From Sphyrna mokarran (Eukaryota), in assembly GCA_024679065.1 (NCBI GenBank), contig JAGIQG010000006.1:78058001-78122000 (forward strand): a stretch of 64,000 nucleotides of DNA, written 5' to 3'. Below are positions 1-14,929 of this stretch, in pieces. A model generated the notes under the pieces. The model had not been told where the DNA came from. It ran no database searches and was given only the letters and a program-made list of their open reading frames with translations. Position numbers and translations under genes: made by a program. Positions within the stretch are counted from its first letter, which is position 1, and the number at the start of each line of letters is the position of its first letter.

Positions 1-155
1 CTCCCATAAGTTCAAAAAGATGTGCTGCTTAGGTGCATTGGCCATGTTGAATTCTCCCTCAGTGTATCCGAACAGTATGGCAACAAGGGGATTCTCATAG
101 TAACTTCATTGCAGTGTTAATATATTCCAGTTGTGACATTAAAAAATAAACTTTA
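1..155 (+). mobile_element. shark SINE 3' half (HE1/V-SINE-like)
   Basis: ttaggtgcattggccatg core and gtaacttcattgcagtgttaat tail; related copy at 25125-25312. Confidence 0.75.
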
Positions 156-169
156 CAGCTTTAAAATTT

Positions 170-900
170 CCCAGAAAATTGGGTTGGAGGAAGTTACAGA
201 GATAGCATAAAGGGATTTGTACAAGGGTGGTAATCTTAAATTTCAGCCATTAATGGGTCAGGAGCCATTTTGGGTCAATGAGCACAATGATAATTGGTGA
301 TAGGTGGTGTAGTTTGGATACAGGATGTAGAGCATCAGTTTATGGAAGACGAGATGCAAGGCTGGCTTTGAAATGGTTTACCTGGAGTTGCTTGAAGTAT
401 GGATGAGGTTCAGCATTAAAGGGGCAGGAATTGGAATTTAAGCAGTAGAATTAGACTGTTTTTCTGGTGGAGGGGAATTGGAGTCAGAGATACAGTTCAG
501 GGTCAAACTGAAAACCAAGATTGTGAACCTGATGTTACCAGCAAACATGCAGAAAATGACGGCAATTTTCTGGAGCAGCTGTAAGATGAGGAACAGGATG
601 GGATTAAGAATAGATCCTGAGGAGATTTCAGGAATGGCAAGGTACAGCTGGGAAGAAGAGAATGAGGGTGATCCTCTGCTTGAGATTATAAGAATGGGAC
701 CAGGGAAGAACTGCTCTATCAGCTGCAGAGAGGAGAGAATTTGGAGGATACTTTTCTGGTTGACCATGTCAAATCAGCGGAATGATTGAAAAGGTCAAAG
801 GAATGAAAGTGGACCATGGTTGCAATCACAAAAAATAAAATTTGTGATTTTGATTAAAGTCTTTTGGTGTTGTAATAGAAACAGAAAATTGCTCCTGTTT
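170..900 (-). mobile_element. degenerate LINE (L2-like) fragment
   Basis: purine-rich decayed sequence typical of antisense L2 ORF2; no intact frame. Confidence 0.4.
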
Positions 901-1707
901 GCAAGGTTCAGGAAAAAAGCTAGATTATTCAGAATAGTTTTGCAGGATTCTAAAAAAGTGAAGATGACTCTGTGGTAGGCTCAAAGCCTCCAAAGACTTG
1001 ATGCTATTATCAGCTGATGAGAGTCAGATTACAGGGGCCTCTCTGTTACTTAAAAAAAACACTGAAGGATCAGTCTGGTTGCAATTTAAATTAAACAATT
1101 AAATTTGAAGTAAAGTCATGACATTTTTCTCATCTAACAGTGAAACTTTAAAAAAATGCCAGCAGCAGAAGCTGATAAAGTTTATAAAAAGTCTAAATGA
1201 TGTTCTGCAATAAAACACAAAAACCAAAAGCAATTTTAAAAAAAATCAGGTCCTGGTCAAGCCACCTATGTGAAAGGAATCTTTGTCTGGTGTGAAAATG
1301 CTTTTAAGTTTTAATGAAATTTGAAGTAATATCCTAATTTCACTTGAACACTCCATCCATGCAAAACACATCGCAGACTAAACAGTTCTCTTCATAAAAC
1401 ATGTTTACTTACATAAAGTTTACAATTCACTCTCAGTTAATTAGTTCACATCTGGTATTATTTTGAACAACTTCTAATGTTTTGTGCAATTTTACTCTTA
1501 TTCTGAAATCAATCAAAGCAAGAGCAATAGTAATCTTGCATGATTTTTGTAAGAAACAGTTAAGCAAATCATCCAAAACAATAAAGGCTTTTCTTTCCTT
1601 CAAGTTCTTACAAAATTTGAAACTAACGTTTAGAATTTTTTTCCAATGTTTAAATTTTCACTGTCGTCATCTTTCCAAGCCGAATAAACATTTCATGAAT
1701 GATGTCA

Positions 1708-2148
<441 letters not shown>

Positions 2149-2929
2149 TCAAATGTTTGCAAATAGTTTTAGTCTGCTATGGCATATCAGAATTACTGAA
2201 CACATAGAAGTTTCTTCTATTTCCCCTATAATGATACAACTGTCTTAATGGTTCAGACCAGAAAGATCCAGATTCAAATCATTGGCCTGTGCTGAGTTTG
2301 CAGTACTGCAATTGTAAAAGCTCCCGTGATGGAGAAGATAGACAATCACAACAAAAAACTTCAGATCATCACCCACTTACTCCTAACAGATGTGCCTATA
2401 GACAGAGGTAAGTATAGCTGTGATGTTTTATATAGCCTGGAGGGCCTCACTGTAAAAAGTTGAAAAATATTGAACACGTTGAAGGAGTCAACGCTTCCAG
2501 GAGGGGAAACAGTCAGAATAGAAGTGAAATGGGAATGCGCAAAATAGATGGGGTTCAATTAGGAAAGGGAGATTGAGTGGGGTGTAATGAAGACCCTAAA
2601 AATTAGAATTTCATTCTCAATGGGCAGAATGTGATGGTGCCTGCAAGTAAACCAGTTGCAACCTTAGCATGGTCATTTTTGGGAAGCCCAGTGGGATTTA
2701 AGTCCCTGACTGGTTACTTACCTTCCTGCTGTCAGGTTTCCTGGTTGATGTGTGGAACATTTTCCCACAGAAACCCTAGAATCCCACACCAAGGGCTATC
2801 TTCCAGTCAAGGACCAGCAGCTCTCAGAACCAACAACACTATCAGGAGTGGTAACCATTGCCAGTATTGCAATATGGCTTTGGCAGAGGATTGGCAGTGC
2901 AAATAAGATGAGGTTTTGTTTTATTCATT

Positions 2930-3165
2930 CATGGGGTAAACCAGCATTTATTAACCAACCCTAAAATGTGAGAAGGTGGTGGTGAACTTTCTTCTGAAAT
3001 TGCTGCAGTCCATATGTTGTGAGAACACCTAAAATACTGTTAAGAAGGGAGTTCCAGGATTTTGATCCAATGACAGTGGAGGAAGGGCGATGCATTTCCA
3101 AGTACGAATGCTGAATGCTTTGGGAAGGAACTTCCAGGGTGGTGGTGTTCCTGTGTGTCTGCAGG
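2930..3165 (-). mobile_element. CR1-like LINE 3' tail fragment
   Basis: reverse complement resembles the 3' end of the 43685-44420 element (gaactcccttcttaacag..., caccaccacctt). Confidence 0.65.
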
Positions 3166-5537
3166 TAAGAAGGCCACTCTCCTTTTCCATCCTGGACTAA
3201 ATCAGAGGGAGGCAAAAAGGTGGCATGATCTCCAACTTGCACCTTCCCACCTGATGACATGCTTCTGAACCTGTTACCAGGAGCTGCATTGAATTCTACC
3301 AAATATATTTTTTCTAAGTTCAGGAGTACAGTGTTAACCAAATTGCTAATCTGAAAAATGGATAAATATCAATAGTCTGTCATTTGGGTTTGAAGATTAG
3401 TATAAAAAACATTATAAGTTTTATCTACTACCCCAACGCGCCCCAAAAAACTCCAAATACATTGAACAACTAGCTACATACGCTGTAAGGAAATGGTTCT
3501 TGCCATTTCATCCATATCCAAACTAATTTTGTATGTTAACAGCCTAAACTGGTTAGAAAGCAATTCAACAGTACCTAGATAACAAGCACAATATTCAGTA
3601 ACTTATCTATAGAATGACTATTTGCATTATTAGAAATTCACATCTGGGTGGCCTCAGTGGCATTAAAACTAAAGAATATCCAGATCTAATTAACTGGTGA
3701 AACTAAATGTGATTGTACAATATGACAATGAAGTCTTTGTTTAAAATCAAAATCCAAAATCTCTACATCTGTAGGACCAACTGTATTTTTCAACGAAGGC
3801 TTTTCCTTTTTTTTAAAATGCAAGACTTTAACCAGAGAAAAAAAAATTCCCAACAAAACCAGCATTTAGTTTTTGCTGCTGTGTGTTCCAAACCCTGCAG
3901 GGTCATTCAACTGACTTGCTAAACATGATTTGCCCTATTATAATCTCAACTATAAATTTTCATTAAGACAAGAGTTGGCTGGCTGCCACCAGGCTCCAGG
4001 GTTTGGAATACAGTGGAGCTTCATTATCCAATCACATTTTCAGGAGCCCACTCCACAGACCAATAACCTCAACTAGCAGGCAGTCACATAACTGAATCCT
4101 GAATGGAAATTAAATCAATCTAAGTTCCCTCCTTGAGACATAAAGGACCCCCTCCTGGTCAATACTCCACAGAATGATTGTGATGAAGCACAGGTGTACA
4201 ACAACCCACATTCTAGTATCATATCATTGGCTAATGGGTATGGAAAACTCTTTATAGTTTGTGAAGTAAAATATGCTTTTTTTCTACAGAGCATAAAATG
4301 AATTCTAGAAAAAATACACATGTAATATTTTCCTTCACTTAACCTTTGGCTTTCTTTTTGTACTGAGGAGAGAGATTATATAGAATTTCATTTCTTTTAA
4401 TGCTTAGTTAGTAACACCAGAATTACTCCTGTAATACTGTAACTGTGTATTCATTTTAAATAATCCAAGCATAATAAATGTTACACTGCATTTAGTATAC
4501 TATTGGCTAGAATATAAAGTATGTTTTTTTAATACTGTACTTGAAAAAAAGTTGTTTTTCTTTAATTTTCCACACATCTCACTCCAATTTACAACTTCTG
4601 AGTTTCAGCAAGGCTTACAAATTACCAAATGCATCTTTTTAAAAAAAAGTGATTGGCATGAGGAATGCAATACTAGAAACGCATTAATACATCTGCAGTT
4701 TAATGTAAGTTACAATCAATGATTAAAAAAATTAATTTCTGCTAATAAAACCCTAATTTTTCAGATTGGCAGGTTTTTAAAATGAATTTTGGTCCATTTC
4801 CCACCATTAAAACAAGAATTCTCCCTGATTGCAAGGGCCTTCAGTGGATCACGAGTGATATCACATATGTTTTGTGCAAATACATCAAAAGCATGTGGAA
4901 TGGCACCAACAGCACAATAATGCAAGTAAAATCATGTTGGGTGTGAAATGGGCTGCTAGTCTTATGCCAGTTGTTTCCCGCGTGGTGAGCTAGATTAAAA
5001 TTATTCTTTTCATCCTCAAGATGACTGGAAACCTTAGATATGTCAAGAGGAAAAGAATTCACAGAGTGGATAATCCAAGGAGTTTATTGTTTTGCTGCCA
5101 ACCATTGAGCCATGGAATTAAGAATGTTGCAACTGCTGTTCATTTGTTTCTTATTTAAATAGAATAAAATGTATCACGGTATGGGAACTTAACGCAGAAG
5201 TGTACAGTGACTGAGATATTGACAAAATTGGAACTACATATTTGCCTTCATGAAATCTCATTTTAATTGCTCCAAACTGTGAAAAATAGAATTGCTTCAG
5301 TTCAATTTTATATAAACTACATGACAAGATTATGTAGCGTAACATGATGAGGTACGATTGTGTGGAGTGTATGATAAGCTAAGACAGTCTATCACACATA
5401 TCAAGACAAATCTGTATTGTATAGTGTATATTAGTTGGGATTACATGGGATAAATGATTAGGTAGGCTGACATAAAATAATGACGACATGAGAGTAATGA
5501 TCAAAGCTTATTTATACTCTGATCTTCTCCAGATAAA

Positions 5538-5673
5538 GGCCAGGATTTTCTGACTTCACCTGCGTCTGGGATTCTCCAGTCCTGCTGCAATGAATGGAGA
5601 TTTGGCAGAGTGCCAAATTCTCTGTTCTTGCTGGCAGCAGTTGTGGGACGCACAACATCAGAAAATTCTGGCC
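5538..5673. mobile_element. short non-autonomous TIR element (MITE-like)
   Basis: ends ggccaggattttctga / tcagaaaattctggcc (15 of 16 complementary). Confidence 0.7.
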
Positions 5674-5839
5674 ATAAGCTAGTTATTATTTAAATCTGAT
5701 TTTTTTTTCCTTGCTGCTTTTAGTTTTTGATGCTAAAAAATTCAAAAATACACCACTTTTCAAAATGGTCAATAAAAATTGACTTTAAAGATCATTAGTC
5801 ACTAGAATGCCAGTGAAAGCACATAAGATTAAGAAATTA

Positions 5840-6079
<240 letters not shown>

Positions 6080-7544
6080 TTACTTAGAATACATGGATTT
6101 TTTTAAATCAGTGTCTCAATGCCATAAGGCAATAAAAAATCATGAACATAATGCTTAAGGAAAGCAATCTTGCCCTCACATAAGCAATGAATTGCAACAA
6201 TTTTTAGTTCAATTTGAAGCTACCAAATACATTACAAATGCTTCACTTGGTTGCAAGTCGTCTTCAAGAATTGAAGTATCTATACAAATAATATGAAAGT
6301 TAAAATAACAATAAAAAAAAGAAAGAAAAAAATTTGGCAAGAGTCCCTGTGCACGTCTGTGCGCAGTTAACCTCTGTTGTTAACACTGAAGGAAATGCCA
6401 CCCAGCAAATGGAGGAGAGCTATAAAAATAAAACAACATCTGTACAAATTTTGCTAGCACTTGCTTCTCCTGACCTGGGTATATTCGGAAAATGCACCAT
6501 GCCAAGAAACAGACAGAAGCGAGATCCTGCCTGGGTCACTGGGGGGGCAATCATCTTTTGAGTATTCATCTCGGACATAAAGCAGCATGCACTATAGTGT
6601 CAAAAGCAACCATCTGCATCTGCCAATTTTTGCACTTTTCAGGGTGCTGGGATCGGTGGGGGGTGGGGGTGAGGGAATGCTGGAAGGCTGAATGTTAAGA
6701 GAATTTTATGGAAAATATGTAATCCTTTGCTTTTGAGCTCACTGGCCAAGCTCCCATTTCAGTCTTTTTTGAATGAAACACAACTGTGACAGGAGTACAA
6801 AAAAGATTTGATTCGCAGGCTCTGGATTCAATTAATCCACAGGATACTCGGCAACTGTATGTCTTCAGCTGTATCTGGAATCAAACAGCGCAGCTAGCAA
6901 CCCCTGTGGGCATGGCACACTTTTCTCCCTCCCAGGCACAGGAAATTACATCAGAAGTTACAGTCCAACACTTGGTCCCACAAGCTACACCTAGTAAAGA
7001 ATGAACTACTGTATTTAAAGCTTACCAGTGTAAATACTCATTCAGAGTAACTCTACATCAGTGTTTTGTGACTTATTTCTTTCAGTGTTAACGGGTATGC
7101 TGTAGTCTGCAATAAACCAACATGTTTTACACCACATAATAACTTTAAACAATGTACTCTGTAAAACTGTCATCTTGAATATGACGGGGAGGGTAGAGAA
7201 TAAGCAGAGCTACTCTCAGCACATTATTGATGGGATTCTGCCAAAAAAAATGAAAAAAAAAGACAAATGGCTTGAGCGAGATCTAATTGCTTTTTCAGTG
7301 CTCAGTACCATTTCCACTGAGACTCCACATTTGTAATGAAGGCAGACAAATAAAAAATTGTAATTCTGTAACCTTCTGTGCAGAAGCCATGTGGAGAAAT
7401 AATGTATTACTACGAGAGGGGCCACTAAAACGTTTGAGGAATTTTGGGTTCACACTCAGCAACTTAAAAGACAAAAGAAATTGAGCTATTTTCTCACTCA
7501 TCAACAATACAGGCGTTGATGTTTTTTTAAAAAAAAATTCTTAC

Positions 7545-7687
7545 CTGACTTAAGTCAGTTGGTCGATGCCTATTGCCAGTCTGAATTAGCAACTTGTAGG
7601 CCAAAACACCATCATCAGATCCATTTTTGTAACTATTGTGAGTAATCTTCCCAGCTTGCCATTCCCTGTCAAAAGTGTCTTGTAGAC
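7545..7687 (-). CDS. PTCH1: PTCH1 exon 16 ([13 protein letters not shown]...[14 protein letters not shown]...LSQ)
   Basis: acceptor aatcag|GT; donor CAG|GTAAGA; 143 nt; read manually. Confidence 0.95.
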
Positions 7688-7923
7688 CTGATTAGACAAG
7701 AGTTGGAACATTTTGTGTATAACAAGTAGCCTGGAACTCCAAAGCATTTGTTAACTTCTATTCACTAGGTAAATGTGAGACTGGCTTTACAGAATAATTG
7801 GCATATGTCACAACAAATGGAAATGAAAGGGTTTGACCACATTTTAAAATATTGCTTTCTTTCTGCATTCGCAAAATGGATTCAGATTTTTACGAATAGA
7901 AATGTTTACACAGTTTAAAGGAT

Positions 7924-8287
7924 GGGCAACATGGTGGCACAGTAGTTAGCACTGCTGCTTCACAGTGCTAAGGACCCAGGTTTGATTCCAGCCTTAGGTA
8001 ACTGTGTTGTGTGGAATTTGCATATTCTCGTGTGTCAACATGGATTTCCTCTGGAGCTCCAATTTTCTCCCAGATGTCCAAAGATATGCAGATTAGGTGA
8101 ATTGGCCATGCTGAATTGCCTGTTAGTGTTCAAAGATGTGTAAGTTAGATGTTTTAGTGATGGTAAATGTGTGTGAGATTAAGGAAATAGCACAGAGCAG
8201 AGAGCCTGGGTAGGATGCTGTTTTGGAGAGTTAGTGCAGATTTACTAAGTTAAATAGCCACTTTTTGCATTGTAGAAATTTTATGGT
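7924..8287 (+). mobile_element. full-length tRNA-derived HE1/V-SINE
   Basis: A box TGGCACAGTAGTTAG, B box GGTTTGATTCC, V-domain-like tccaaagatatgcagattaggtgaattggccatgct. Confidence 0.85.
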
Positions 8288-11200
8288 GCTAAATATACAA
8301 CTTGCTGCATATTGACTCATTTGGTCACTAAAGGTCACAAGTTTTTGGTTGAGGTGACAAATGGAGGTGAGCTGTTTTCCTGAAGCTCACCTGAAATTTA
8401 CATCAACAGGGCCTTGTGTATCAAATTGAGCAACTGAACTGGAATTCTCCACTACCCCGAATGCCCCAATTTCAATTCTGGCTACTTTTTTCTTAGGCAA
8501 GAAATTATCAGCAATTGAAAGTTGCCCTTAGGGATGGCCCAAGGCTGAAAAGGGGAAGGCTGATCAGGATTCCTCTGTTTCTGACCCTGGTTCAACAAAT
8601 GGTGATCTAAATTGCATTTGTACAGATTGAAAACAAGGCTTGACTGTGATGTCCTTGTGGCTGAATAGTTTGAGCATTGACTGTTTGGACTCATGCATGA
8701 AAATCGACCAATTATACATGGCATTACTGTTGCTCTTGGAACCGTAGCCTATATGAATCATGTTGTTCAGGAGATGAAAATGTTGATTACTGTAGCATTA
8801 TTACAAGAAATGTGTATGTCAGATCCCTGATGGGGATGGCCAACGTAGTGAGAAATTCCAGTAGAATTACAGAATCATTGGCAGAAAATGTATTTTAAGA
8901 GAAGCTTGATATTAGGTAGCGCAAATTGGTACACAGCAAGTTAGTTTGGTAACCTGCTGTGCTCACAGCTCCCAATTCAGACCCCCCAGTCTGAAGTTTA
9001 TGACTGAGATTTTGCACAGAGAGCTTGCTGTCTCAGTTGAAATGTTTTGAAAAAAATGAAGAATAATAGCAAATCGTTCCTTCTCCCCAAAAGAGCACTG
9101 AAAAGTGAATGCATGAGTCACAGAGCACCCGGTGGAAGAGAGAAGGCTGCCTCAGCCATCAGATACACCCATCCTTTAAGTCAGGGATAAGTGCTCTGCA
9201 GAAAATGAAATGTGCAAACAAAAAAATTACATGCAAAGTAACAGAGTTAGAAAAAAACAATTATTGAAATTACACAAGCAGAATTAGGGAAGAAACGTTA
9301 CAGCAACAAGTTGAAAATAATGTAAGAAATTTGGCAAGGTATTTACAAATAGTATGAAGCAAAATGGACATTGAACTAAAAAAAGACTGGGGGAGGTCAA
9401 CTAAAAGCTTGCTTAAGATGGATTTTGATGCGTTTTACAGAAATTTAGGGAGATATTCATCAATTTATCTAATTAATCCAAAACTCTGCGGTCTCAGATA
9501 TTGCTATATAAATTATAATGTACAAATGCTTAGTATATTCGAACGAAATTCTTATGCTGATTCTTAAGAGGTGTTAAACCGTTAATTTAGCAAAATTAAT
9601 ACCCATCTTAAAATAGCATGGGCATAATTACATACAAACTGACACAAATTCACATAGAGCAATTTTGAGAGCATTGATATCAATGCATTCGTATTACCCC
9701 AAAAGTTTAAAGGCTGAACATTTAGAAGCTAGATTCAATTTTAACTCAGACTATTTGGCGGAATTGTTGCTCAATGTGTCCCCACCTTCACTCCCCCTCC
9801 TTGTCCCCATCATTTTAACTTGACTGAAATTACGCATGGGAAAGACTACCCACCGAGAGAAAGGGACCTAATTTAAATTGTAATGTTTCATTTTATTAAT
9901 TTCATTAGCATGCTTGCCATCACAACTATACACTGATGTAGGATTGCACAGTTCTGAACTCATCAGTTAAAAGAGATAATAGGTACCATCCTTGTAAATT
10001 TTATTTTCCTTTTTAAAAAGATTCCTTGTGAGCAAGTAGGATCAGAGCTGCTCCTTCTGGTCCCAAGAAGATGCTTTAGGCCTCTTCTGTCCCAGTTATG
10101 GTTCCCCTTCAATGATCTTTGCTTATCTGTCTAGCTTACTTAGTTTGGTAGGGATCATCTCAACGAGTGCCTGGCAGTAACCTGATAGCCCTGAAGCTCC
10201 ACTGCCATGTGACTCCCAGTTTTGCCTACCCTTAATAGTACTGCCACTGCATTTGGGCAGAAGTCAGTGTCTGGGCCTTATACACCAGTGAGACGGATGG
10301 TTCACCACCTGCTACAGTCTCCACACTGCTGAATCTGCACCAGGTTAACATTGATCCTTAAATATCTTTTAAGTTCCCTCTTTGTTTCCTTGTTTAAAGA
10401 TGCATGGTAAAATAAACCCCTGATTGTGAAATAGTGTGCACAGTATAGTCACCTCTCCTAATAGCAATATTACAGAACCAAATTCCATGGAGCAGACTGG
10501 AAGAAAATGTATTCAGCACAGAGGGGGAGAACAGTATGAATGCACAAGTTAAAAAGTAAAAGGAACTCAGCCGTTCCTTGAGCACAGCATGAGTTAGCAC
10601 TGTGCCCTCAATTCATTCCATCTGTTTGACTTGGGCAGCACTTACAAGTCGTGAGATCTGTTGCCAGCACGTGTAAAGATCACAGCCAACACCTATTCAT
10701 TCTCAACTGCGATTTTCCTCTGTACCCTTTTTAAAAAAGCATGGAAGATCACTAGCTGTTCCAAGCAGGTAATTTGGATCAGATTTTGAACAGGAAGCCA
10801 CAATCCTGTACAACGAGCCTCTGTGTGAGCAGATGACAAACCACATACCCCGACGTTTAGACCCACCTCACAGCTGCACTGAAGCTGTAATCAAAACCAT
10901 CATTACAGATCTGATAGGTTAACTACAGCTGTAAGGAGATAAGGCTAAAGAAGCCAGGCACAAATGCCATTGCCTAAGGGCTGAGCTTGCTCATTCCAGT
11001 TTGAAATAAAACTCCCACGTAGACCTGCAGACATCAACTTAAAACAAACTGGTCTGAAACAATGGCAGCAGCTTCAAAAGCACACACAGCACACCTGCCA
11101 AACTTGATGCACATTCCCAGACCTGGCTTGAAATGAAGAGGAACCAATTTGTAAATACCACCTAGATGATTTCAAAGCACTCCACTCGGTGTGGCCTTGG

Positions 11201-12459
11201 CTTGTGCACATGTTTTCAAAGCTTAGCTTTCTTAAATAATAATAATTCAACTGGATTATCAACTAACCCATCAACACAAATACATCCTAAAGCAGTAATG
11301 AACTTTATAACTGGCCAATAATAAAATACAATGACTTACAGAACTTAAAATTTAATCATATGCACAGACTTTTACATTTCATATTGGAATAGAGCACAGG
11401 AGTCAAAATATTTCCAAATTTAATAAGAAACGCAATAGAAAAGACTTGAAATATTTTGTACTGTCTATCTTAGTTAAGATATTAATAAAAGTTATATTTC
11501 CTCCTCCTCCCAGTAACTGAAAAAACCTCTTGCTACAAGTCATTCCTCATTGAACTTATGACATCTACCAAATCTGCTAGTTTGCATCAGGATCAAACTC
11601 TGCCATGCTCTTTTGGCAGGATTTCCAGATCTGCTGAAACCATCATAGAGCTGAATTCCTGCCAGAACTAATAGCAGAGCCCAAAGTTGGACCTTCCTAA
11701 CAAGATAGGAAATGGACCCCACTCACCCATACACATACATACAGAAAATTTATCAAAGCGGTTATAAGGAAGATAATAGTATGCTTCTGGGAGAGATGTG
11801 GGCCTGACACGTTTCGGCTCAGCCACTTCTAATAGACTTTCCAGAATGTTTCTTACACAGGACATCCTAGATGTACCCCTTGTGGCACATAGAATTGCTG
11901 TTGCAAGGCAAATCAGGATACTATTCCCACCCCATAAATTCCAGCCAACTCAACAGAGGAACTCCTAGGTGGGAGCATCTCAGCACTTATACTACAACAT
12001 GTCAATCCCTTCTGGATTTTTGACATCCAATATTTTCCAAAAGATTTTGATTAAGGTTCTAAATTACAAACCATGCCTAATTTTTCTATGCTTAAAATGG
12101 CTTCATTATGACTTTACCAATTACAAATGGGCATTTTTAACAAATTGGTGTTCTTCTATTTGAACTTTAAGAAATTCCATAACATTATGCATCAACAGTA
12201 ACTTGCATTTATATTGCACATTTGACATTGCAAAACATCCCAAGGTGTTTCACAGAAGCATCGACAGCCAAAACAATGTATAAATATCAATGTTTGGTAT
12301 TGAAGAATACCATATATACACACTCCTGTAGAAGGCTACAGTTTTCAGCAACCTAATTAAGTGCTTTTTAAAAAAAAAATCTAATGTATGTGTAATGTTT
12401 TAGTATATATTTCCTCATTTTATAATTTAAAAATAAGGGGAAAGGATTGCTACTCTTAC

Positions 12460-12772
12460 CTTGTAGCCAGTCATGAAAATAGTGCAGCCACATATGTGGA
12501 AGTTTCCCATTGTCTTCCAACAAAATGAATTTCACATTTCTGAAGCTTTTGTGGAGGTAATACAGCAGGCGTTGAGCATTGGGATAGTCTGTATCTTGTT
12601 TAGTTACGATGTACATATTGTAGAAAGAAAAGTATTTAAACTGTGCTGCGATGAAGTCATATTCTCGCGTATCACGAGGTACAATGTCCGTAAGATCCAG
12701 TCCATCTCTGACTGTTGTAGTTCCATAGAGACTGATCCCAAGTAAACCCAAGAAAAGCAATGTGACCAATAT
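12460..12772 (-). CDS. PTCH1: PTCH1 exon 15 (ILVTLLFLG...GLDLTDIVP...HDWLQ)
   Basis: acceptor tcacag|ATA; donor CAAG|GTAAGA; 313 nt. Confidence 0.96.
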
Positions 12773-13065
12773 CTGTGATATAAAAAAAAAACTCAGGTTC
12801 AGAACTCAACAAGATTCACAGCCTCAAAGACTGGGCAAAATTAGTTAAAAAAACATTTGGTGGTAGCCTGAGCAAACAATCTAATCATGGATGATTTATC
12901 ACCATGTTATGGTGATAATTATATTTGATATGAAATTTAACCAATGATATTAATCTACGAAGATAAGCAGAGATAACATTTTACTGTAGTTATCTAGCTG
13001 AGTTTATACCAGATATTAAATATTAAAACTTATATTAATCTTACTGTCCACTTACAGCAAAGGAA

Positions 13066-13274
13066 GGGCTGGAACTTTCCAGCTATTCACAGCTGCAGGA
13101 TTTTCTCGTCCTGCTGTTGGTTCACCCCTACTGTGGGTTTCCCTGCTGCGAGGATTGCATTCAACGGGAGACCCTACTAACAATGGTGGGGCCAGGATAT
13201 TCTGCTACCAGTCAATGGCAGGTTGCCTCCTACCAAGGCAAAACGCACGGTGGATTGTTTGGAGAATCCTACCC
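13066..13274. mobile_element. short TIR element, same family as 5538-5673
   Basis: gggctggaactttcc ... ggagaatcctaccc imperfect inverted ends with nested internal repeats. Confidence 0.6.
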
Positions 13275-13412
13275 TCGGTTTTGAAATATATATTTATGTT
13301 CATTAACTATGTGAGGAGTTTGAAGAACAGTAGTCTGTTCTATTTCTCCAAAGATAATAGACAAATCCCAGTAATAAGCACTGGCTGAGATATTTTCTGG
13401 AAACAGTAGATT

Positions 13413-13601
13413 TAGATTCATAGAAACCCTACAGTATAGAAAGAGGCCAGTCAGCCCATCGAGTCTGCGCCAACCACAGTCCCATCTAGACCCTACCTCC
13501 ATATCTCTACATATTTACCACTAATCCCTTTAGTCTACGCAATTCAGGACACTAAGGGCAATTTTTAGCATGGCCTATAATCTAACTTGCCCATCTTTGG
13601 A
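13413..13601 (-). mobile_element. HE1/V-SINE 3' half
   Basis: reverse complement tccaaagatgggcaagttagattataggccatgctaaaaattgcccttagtgtcc ... gtagggtttctatgaatcta. Confidence 0.8.
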
Positions 13602-14384
13602 TTCTTTAATTATAAATAATCAGATATTTCAGAGATAGATAATATACATGAAATGGAATGTAGATCTTCTGAACTGGCTGAGTAAAGCATTCAAATCAAA
13701 AAGGGTGACAGGTTGGAGAAGGAGTGAATCAGGAGATAGGTATCAGCTAAGTGGAGAATAGAAAAGGAAGAGAGAAAAAAAAAAATGGGTAGTGGGAAAG
13801 GTAAGAGACAGGAAAGGGATTTAAAAATGGCTGTGCTTCAACATTTTAATTAAGGCCACGTTATTTTTGCCTGTCACATTTCTAAGTTACTGATTGCTCA
13901 AAATAATTACAGCTCCAATTAACTCCCTTTCAGTAAGGTTCAAATTAAAGTTTAATGCAAGAAAAACACAATATACCAAGGGCACTTGCATCTAACACTA
14001 TCATGATAGGTCTTTTAATATTCTAAAGGCAAACTATAGCACAATCTAAAGATGAGAAATTAATATTGCATATACACAATGCCTCTTTTGAACTGAATGT
14101 AGGAGCTTTTAATACACTTAGAAATAGAATGTTATGACACACACAGCATTTAAAAAAACATAAAACAAATCTTTGGCAGCCATCTATCTCATGACATGAT
14201 GGTTTGCAACTTGGATAAAGCATCACCTAGTGTGATTCAGGAGCCCCATTATAACATGGCAGTCTTTGTTGCACTTGTTGAAGAAAATAGTGGGCAAAGA
14301 AGATGCAGGATTTGCTGCTCTCCTGTTTTCTCAGGAGCCTGTCCTCAACCACTGATCTTTCTGCATCTCCTTACTTTTTCCAAT

Positions 14385-14600
14385 ACCCATGTAGGGACTG
14401 AAGGAGGTTGCTTGGTCTATCACTTCTCCTTTGGTCCATTTCCTTCCCTTCCTCCATGCTGTGCTGAGCTTTGATTTTTTTACATATTTATCCAATTCCT
14501 TTTTAAACACCATTATTGATTCTGGTAGGGCATTTCATATCCCAATAACATCATGGACAAAAAATTTCCTCAATCTTTGCTTTTTTTAAAAAAAGTTTTA
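14385..14600 (-). mobile_element. CR1-like LINE 3' end
   Basis: VFKKELDKY remnant of the CR1 ORF2 C-terminus. Confidence 0.6.
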
Positions 14601-14929
14601 TCATTTACACATTTCTCTTCCATTCCTCTCAAATTGTACATTTCACTCCATTGCTATCTATCAAATCTTTTTGTTTGCATATTTCTTCTTGAAGTCGTTT
14701 ACAGTTTTGTTCACAATCAAACATGTTCCTATTTTTGTATTGTCTGCAAATTACCACCACTAATTTTGATTGGAATGAGACATTGGACTATTCATTCCAC
14801 CAACTCAATGTCAAGGATGTAAAGTTTAAAAATGGTTCCCTGTATCTACCCAGGAGATTGAATGCAAAAACCTTGCCATTATTTCAGCAAACAGTAAACA
14901 AGGTAAAGTTGGTTAGCCTTAGTACTCAC

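Noticed and set aside
438-789. Overlapping 109-aa and 103-aa ORFs
   Set aside because: They lie in decayed LINE-like sequence within an intron, with no recognisable domain
7924-7995. tRNA gene
   Set aside because: A and B boxes are the head of a SINE; no full cloverleaf, and the SINE body follows
12368-12459. ORF-track extensions beyond PTCH1 exon ends (also at 57329, 56028, 16404, 1705)
   Set aside because: Read-through past clear GT donors into introns; similarity to PTCH1 stops at the donor
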